From Octopus vulgaris (Eukaryota), in assembly GCA_951406725.2 (NCBI GenBank), contig OX597830.1:17670001-17734000 (forward strand): 64,000 nt of DNA, in the 5' to 3' direction. This document shows, one piece after another, positions 55,765-64,000 of the stretch; position 1 is the stretch's first letter; each line of letters starts with the position of its first letter. The position numbers and the translations under genes are program-made. The notes under the pieces were generated by a model. The model saw nothing but the letters and a program-made list of their open reading frames with translations, was not told where the DNA came from and ran no database searches.

Positions 55765-55770
<6 letters not shown>
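55506..55770 (+). mobile_element. Second RLE-type LINE extreme 3' end in (AAT)n
   Basis: MAEIQKIVLMGTAHILRKILSL* followed by a 3' UTR. Confidence 0.8.
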
Positions 55771-55831
<61 letters not shown>

Positions 55832-55836
<5 letters not shown>

Positions 55837-57440
55837 ATTAAAGACAGTTCATGGATTTACCAAAGAAATAGATATGAAATTTGGATTAGAAAAATGCGCC
55901 AAAGTAACCATGAAAAGAGGAAAACTAATTAAGAGTAACAACATCACACTAGATAAAACCAATGAAATAAAAGAATTAGACCAAAGCCAAACTTACAAAT
56001 ACTTAGGAATCCATGAACTAGATAAGACACAACACACACAAATGAAAGAGAAAATAAAAAAAGAATATTATAGACGAGTTAGATCAATACTAAACACAGA
56101 GCTCAATGCTAAAAACAAGATAATAGGTATCAACACTTTAGCTGTGCCAGTTATAAGTTACAGCTACAATATCCTTAACTGGACACGAAATGAACTGACC
56201 AAAATAGATAGGAAAACAAGAAAAATAATGACAGGATCTAGGATGCATCACCCAAAATCTGACATAGAAAGACTATATATACAACGTATAGAAGGTGGTA
56301 GAGGCCTTATACAGCTGGAAAACTACTATAAAATAACCACCATAGGACTGCAAAAATATCTACTTCAGAAGGAAGGAAAACTGATCCAGATAGCGGCAAA
56401 ACACGAGCAAAACAAAAAACTGTTCTCAGTATTTAAGGAAGCTGACAAATACAAACAAGAAATCATACCACCTAATAAACATGAAGAAGAAGAAGAAGAA
56501 GATGAAGAAACAACAAAAGCTATAAAACAAATGAAATCCAAACTAAAAATAGAACAGCAACGAACCATGATAAAATGATAGCAAGAAAAGCCCCTTCATG
56601 GTAAATACTGGACTAAACTAAACGCAAAAGAAATAGACAAAGAAAAACCCCAGCAATGGTTGAGAAGCTCAGGACTCAAAGCAGAAACAGAGGGATTTTT
56701 AATTGCAGTACAAGACCAAAGCCTCCCCACCAGAAATTACCAAAAACATGTAATGAAAAGAAATATTACAAGTAACTGCAGAATATGTGGAGATAGACAA
56801 GAAACAATAAATCATATTATCTCTAGCTGCCCAGTCCTGGCTAAGAAGGAATATATTCACAGACATGACAGAGTTGGAACCTACATACATTGGAAGCTAT
56901 GCCAACATTATGGAATAACAACAGAAAAAAGATGGTATAGGCACACACCAGAAAAGGTCACAGAAAACGAGAAAGCAACCATACTCTGGGATATGCCGAT
57001 ACACACAGATAGAGAAATTAAGGCCAACAGACCAGATATAATTGTCAGAGATCATGAAGAAAAAAAATGCTTTCTAATTGATGTATCAATACCGGCTGAT
57101 GACAACGTGTCTCTAAAAGAAATGGAGAAACTCTCAAAATACAAAGACCTGGAAATAGAGGTAACCAGAATGTGGAATCTGAAAACAGAAACAATTCCTA
57201 TCATAGTAGGTGCATTGGGCATGATAAAAAAATATTCAGACAAATACATAACAAAAACACCAGGACTTACAAACACATATAACATACCGAAAATTGCACT
57301 ACTAGGCACTGCACACATCCTACGCAGAACACTTTCCATACAATAACCATCAGAGCATCACAACAAATCACAGCACATACCCAAGGCACACAGAGCTGCG
57401 CTCGGTAGTGAAGTGAAAGCACGCTATAAAAATAAAACTA

Positions 57441-57444
<4 letters not shown>
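55832..57444 (+). mobile_element. 5'-truncated R4/Dong-like LINE (RT C-terminus, CCHC zinc knuckle, PD-D/ExK RLE) in (AAT)n
   Basis: MKFGLEKCA, YKYLG, RLYIQRIEGGRGL, CRICG..ETINHIISSC, RHD, NRPDIIV, LIDVSIP, EKLSKY; ORFs 55874-56578 and 56660-57346 share a frame, split by TGA-TAG. Confidence 0.95.
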
Positions 57445-57520
<76 letters not shown>

Positions 57521-57761
57521 TAATTAATTGAAAGACTTGTGATTATTATTATTATTATGATTATCAGTAGTAATACTGATACTTTAATGAAGAGCCATAG
57601 CTTGTACTGACCATTCAATTATGGAGCTGGAGTGCAGTGAAGATGCGGCTCTAGAATTGGTACCAAACAGTAGGTTAATACCGCCTTCACCCGACCTCTA
57701 ACATAGTTTCCTTCAATTTTAATTTGCTGTTATTCATTATCAATGTTACTTTCCCACCTTT

Positions 57762-57962
57762 AAGGCGGCGAGCTGGCAGAATCGTTAGCACACAGGGAAA
57801 AATGCTTAGCGGCATTTCGTCCGTTTTACGTTCTGAGTTCAAATTCCGCCGAGGTCGACTTTGTCTTTCATCCTTACGGGTTCGATAAAATAAGTACCAG
57901 TTGAGCACTGGAGTCGATCTAATTAACTTAGTCCCTCCCCCGAAATACCAAAATTTGAAATC
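57762..57962 (+). mobile_element. SINE family B
   Basis: Head and core. Confidence 0.88.
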
Positions 57963-58959
57963 AATATTACTTGCTCTCTATTTCTATATACACTGACTTC
58001 TCTGGAGTTAACACATTAGAATACACCCACTGAGGACAATCTAGGAACAGCCAACATATCATTTGCTTTCAACAGTGGGCTTTAAGGGAGTTTTGTTTTC
58101 TAAAGTTTTGATTAGCTCAGCTGATATTCTTAGAGTTATCTCACTGTTTGTGGTTTTTAAAACTCTAAGAAACCTAGTGAACTTTATGAATAGTAATTAA
58201 ACTGTTGATCTTAGTTAATAGCATTTCCCCCCAATTACCTATATTGCATACGTTAGGTCCTACAGTTTGTGGGTTTAATTTGCAGAACTCACTATATTAC
58301 TTATGTAAAGCCCTGTCTTATATTTTCAGAAGTATATAGTTAAATACATAAATAAATTATAGAAGAATTAAAAGATTAAGTTAAAAGGAAAATTGAAATT
58401 TAAAATTAAACAATGATTAAAGATTTAAAATTCAGAGATATACACTTTTTTTAAAAAATATAACAGATGGTAAAGAAGATATGTGGTGGAAGTCAATATG
58501 AAAACTGTAGGATGCAAAGTGAAATATAATAGAAAATAGGCGAATAGATTATGAAAGTTAAAGAAGTGAATAATATTGAAGAGACGTAAATATAGAAGAA
58601 AATTAAGGGAAACTTTAAAAAGTATAAAAGAAATTCAAAAAGGTCGTAGATGAAAGATTGTATTTCAGATAGGAATATTTCTCTAAGTTCGAAGCAAGAA
58701 AATTAATAAGAAACAGTAAGTAAGGAGGAGAGATTGATTAAACAAAATTAGTTGGGGAGCTTATAATAATAAAAATAGTCTACAGTTATTTAAAAATGAT
58801 GAAGTTTGGAGTCAAGTAAAATAGTATAACAACAATAGAAGCTAATTACCTGAATACATATGGAATTTTATGCAAATGCAAAGGTGGTGAAAATACGGTA
58901 ATAGTAAGTACATGGATACATACATACATACATACATACATACATGCATGCATGCATGC

Positions 58960-58990
<31 letters not shown>

Positions 58991-59174
58991 CATACATACA
59001 TACATACATACATACATACATACATACATACATAGGTGTGTGTGTGTGTACATATATCGTTGAGCGTGTGTTGACTAGTGGTTAGGGTATTGACCGCATA
59101 ATCGTAGTTTCAATTCCAGGACGAATCAGTGTATTGAGTTCTTTTCCAAAAACATCTGTCTGTCAGTTTGTTTC

Positions 59175-59378
59175 TTATTTCTTTATTGCCCATAGGGAGG
59201 CTAAACACAGAAGGGACAAAAAGGACAGACAAAGGGATTGAATCGATTACATCCATCCCAATGCGTAACTGGTACTTAATTTATTGACGGCGGAATTTGA
59301 ACTCAGAACGTAACGGCATACGATATACGGCTACGCATTTCGCCCGGTGTGCTAACGTTTCTGCCAGTTCGCCGCCTT
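59175..59378 (-). mobile_element. SINE family B, internally deleted
   Basis: Reverse-complement head and tail. Confidence 0.8.
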
Positions 59379-59413
59379 AATTTTGTTAGTGTCTGTCTAA
59401 TTGTCTGCTTGTT

Positions 59414-59494
<81 letters not shown>

Positions 59495-59498
<4 letters not shown>

Positions 59499-59737
59499 AA
59501 ATTTAGAGGAATGATCACTAAAAATGGACAGCCTGTATGCTAGATATAGACGTCAAAATCGCCATTTTCCCGAAGAATGTGTTCTTAAGAAAAAATTCAG
59601 TAAAAAACATTTTTACACTTTGGTTTTTTGCTGAATTTTTTCTTGAGAACACATTCTTCGTGGAAAATGGGGATTTTGACATCTATATCTAGCATACAGG
59701 CTGTCCACTTTTAGCGGTCAGTCCTCTAAATTTTGTA
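59495..59737. repeat. Fold-back of about 114-bp arms with 14-bp spacer, beside (TA)n
   Basis: Arms 59495-59608 and 59623-59737 with scattered mismatches. Confidence 0.9.
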
Positions 59738-59874
59738 TGTAAAAAAATTTTAATCTTCGGATTTTTAAAAAAATACTAGGCCACTGGTTTTAATTTATTA
59801 ATATCAATTTCTACCCTTAATAATTGTCACATATTATTTTAAAGGTATATATATATATACATATATATATATAT

Positions 59875-59923
<49 letters not shown>

Positions 59924-60162
59924 CAGACAGACAGAAAGAGAGACAGAAAGAGAAAGAGAGAGAGGGGGTGTTCGTTGTGGGTAGGATCAACAAAAGGTAC
60001 GCCATCCAGTGAAGAATAAATATCATTTAATAAGAGATATTTACAAAAGAACCTCTACTAGTTTCATGCCTTGGAGGTACAATAATTTGGCAGATTTTTA
60101 CAGCATGCCATATATCTCTAAGCAGGTGTGACCCTTCTGTCCGAGTAAGACGTCATGATAGA

Positions 60163-60351
60163 TCGTTAGCCACTAAACACATTTTCTTTCTCTCCTTGTT
60201 TCTCTCCTTGTTTTTTTCTGTGTCCCTTTCTGTAGAAAAGCGTTGGCTCGAAACGTAAAAGACTGTTTCTATTCCTGAGCGTTATACTAATACATCTGTT
60301 TGTTTTGTACACCACCTGTCTACGTCTTTTTTTTTTCGTAAACACTCCCTT
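60163..60351 (+). mobile_element. Family C element with HHR-like motif at 60226-60261
   Basis: CTTT CTGTAGA A AAGC GTTG GCTC GAA ACGT A AAAG; ends in (TA)n. Confidence 0.8.
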
Positions 60352-60396
60352 ATATATATGTGTGTGTGTGTGTACATATATATGTATATATGTATA

Positions 60397-60456
<60 letters not shown>

Positions 60457-60520
60457 CATATATATATATACATATGTATATATATATATATATATATATA
60501 CATATAGCTTCGTTGCATAC

Positions 60521-60584
<64 letters not shown>

Positions 60585-60972
60585 ACATGTATATATGTAT
60601 ATATATGTATACATATACATTTGGAAGATCCTAGAGGGTTTCCTCCCAAACTTTGGCATTGATAATTACACTAACGCTAATAATAAGTAGATAGTATAAA
60701 ATTTACAGATGGGGACAAATTGCAGCGCCCCCACACACACACGCATATAGGCTCATATACGTAAATACATACATTCACCAACAAAAAGTACATATATACA
60801 GACATTCTCAAAACAAAACACCCACGCACACAGGCACACACACACACACATTCAGTACTGAATCTCATAGGAAAATATATCTCTCGCTCTCTCTCACTCC
60901 CTCTCTCTTTCTCTTGTGATCTCTTGGAAGCCGAAATTTTGAAGTCACCACCATATTCCACATACATACATG

Positions 60973-61544
<572 letters not shown>

Positions 61545-61692
61545 ACGTATGTATGTGCTGTAAGTGTAATATACAATAAATACAAAGTATTACTACATAC
61601 AGTACATACTATGTGTTACAAAAGCGTATATACATAGATATTAATAGCAATGATTACATGAATAGAGGAAGAAAACGATCTGAATAAAGAGA

Positions 61693-61757
<65 letters not shown>

Positions 61758-61849
61758 GAGGGACAGTGGTAGAGAGGGGGAAAAGGGAGAGTGGGTGAGA
61801 GGGAGAAATAGACAGGACTGGAAATACAAGAGAGAGAAAAAGTATTACA

Positions 61850-61934
<85 letters not shown>

Positions 61935-61979
61935 GTCTGTCTGTCTGTCTGTCTATCCGTGTATCCCCCTCTCTCTCTT

Positions 61980-62026
<47 letters not shown>

Positions 62027-62047
62027 TTCTCTCTCTCTCTTTCTCTG

Positions 62048-62078
<31 letters not shown>

Positions 62079-62519
62079 GTATATATCATATATATGTCAT
62101 ATATATATATATTATATATATTTATTTATAATATAACATGTATACATCTATCTATCTATCTATATATATATACATACATGCACCCCTGTACAAGTACACA
62201 CACACTCACACACACTCGCCCATTCACACACATGCACACTCACACACGCGCGCGCACATGCACACAGGAAAAATCAGGGCGTCCAGAGAGAGATATTCTC
62301 TATAAATGGGATTCTGGAGCAGATATCAGGATGTTACTTGCGTACGAGTACGACTACATTCCACCACGACCACCACCACTAACAACAACAACAGCAATGA
62401 CAACACCCTCTACTATCATCTTCGATTATGTTTTCATCTGCTCAACACATCGTAGTTATGTAGTTCGATGGAATGTCGGAGAAAAGGATATATCTATTAA
62501 TACGTTTAACCATCTGCCT

Positions 62520-62918
62520 GTGTATGTATGTATGTATGTATGTATGTATGTATGTATGTATGTATGTATGTATGTATGTATGTATGTATGTGTGTATGTA
62601 TGTGTATGTATGTATGTATGTATGTATGTATGTATGTATGTATGTATGTATGTATGTATGTATGTATGTATGTATGTATGTATGTATGTATGTGTGTGTA
62701 TGTATGCATGTATGTATGTATGTATGTATGTATGTATGTGTGTGTATGTATGTATGTATGTATGTATGTATGTATGTATGTATGTGTGTATGTATGTATG
62801 TATGTGTGTATGTATGTATCTATGTGTGTATGTATGTATGTATGTATGTATTATGTATGTATGTATGTATGTATGTATTATGTATGTATGTATGTATATA
62901 TGTATGTATGTATATATG
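62520..62918. repeat. (TATG)n microsatellite
   Basis: Direct inspection. Confidence 0.95.
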
Positions 62919-63062
62919 TGTCACGCTGAATCTCCTAGCGAACTACGTTTAGGGTACACGTATCTGTGGAATTCTCAGCCACTTGCATGTTAATTCCACG
63001 AGCAAGCTGTTCCGTTGATCGTATCACCTAGGACCCTCGTCGTCGTAAACGACGAAGTGCTC
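62919..63062 (+). mobile_element. Interspersed repeat 3' fragment inside (TATG)n
   Basis: GTCACGCTG..GAACTACGT..TCTGTGG..CTCGTCGTCGTAAACGACG is also seen diverged at about 5235-5372. Confidence 0.55.
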
Positions 63063-63333
63063 CTATGTATGTATGTATGTATGTATGTATGTATGTATGT
63101 ATGTATGTATGTATGTGTGTATGTATTTATAAATGTATCTATTTATCTATCTGTCTGACTCTGACTGTCTGTCTATCTACATGTTTATCTATTTATGTGT
63201 GTGTGTATACATGCATAATACACATATACATATGTACCCGAATGCGCATACTTAGCTACATTCATTATAAGCACGCACCCACACACACAGACACACAGAT
63301 ACACAGACATACCCACACACACACGCACGCACG

Positions 63334-63382
<49 letters not shown>

Positions 63383-63658
63383 TTAATATCATATGCGAAG
63401 TCGCGTAGCCTGGTGATTAGGTTGTGGCATTCATGATCACAAGTTCGTGGCCTCCATTTTGAGACTGACGAAGCAAGGTTCTCTTGAACAAAACTTCATT
63501 TCACGTCGCTCCAGACCACTCAGCTGGGTAACCGTGCGACTGACAGGCGTTCCAACAAGAAGAACATTGTGACCAGCGTTGTATAACAACATCCGATAGT
63601 CTGGTCGACACAGGAGTATTACATTATAATTTTATCATCCTATTTATATTTCTCTTAT

Positions 63659-63881
63659 AGGCGGCGAGCTGGCAGAAACGTTAGCGCGCCGGGCGAAATG
63701 CGTAGCCGTATTTCGTCTTCCGTTACGTTCTGAGTTCAAATTCCGCCGTGGTTGACTTTGCGTTTCGGGGTCGATAAATTAAGTACCAGTTGCGTACTGG
63801 GGTCGATGTAATCGACTTAATCCGTTTGTCTGTCCTTGTTTGTCCTCTCTGAGTTTACCACCTTGTGGGTAGTAAAGAAAT
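63659..63881 (+). mobile_element. SINE family B, long-tail form
   Basis: TSD-like TTTATATTTCT(C/T)TTATA on both sides. Confidence 0.9.
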
Positions 63882-64000
63882 ATATTTATATTTCTTTTAT
63901 ATCTATGGTTTGAACATCAGAATACTCCCTTCACCAGCTGTTGACTGGTGATGATAATGTTTCCGGCTTCTTCAACAATATCACTCCTTCCGGCGTTGCC

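Noticed and set aside
56576-56581. Programmed read-through between the two R4/Dong ORFs
   Set aside because: TGA-TAG is simply explained by point mutation from CGA-TGG
61959-62993. 344-aa ORF and the many YI/CV/HT/LS-rich ORFs
   Set aside because: Translations of stop-free microsatellites; no domain content

Overview
AT-rich eukaryotic non-coding DNA with very dense microsatellites. The SINE families and repeat style suggest an octopus or other coleoid cephalopod genome (inference). No host protein-coding exon could be supported; almost all listed ORFs are microsatellite translation artefacts. The window holds three tRNA-derived SINE families, LINE remnants (R4/Dong-like restriction-like endonuclease (RLE), CR1-like, RTE-like), a decayed Penelope-like element (PLE: RT plus GIY-YIG), Tc1/mariner and Chapaev-like remnants, and MITEs. 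The main finding is a set of short non-coding elements, mostly inserted in (TA)n and often arranged as fold-backs. Several carry type I hammerhead ribozyme (HHR) motifs with self-complementary stem III. The best case is a 363-bp, tandemly and circularly permuted, retrozyme-like unit at 40009-40812. A canonical CUGAUGA hammerhead pair lies at 44727-45205, and two families have variant cores. All structures were folded by eye; none was computed or tested.
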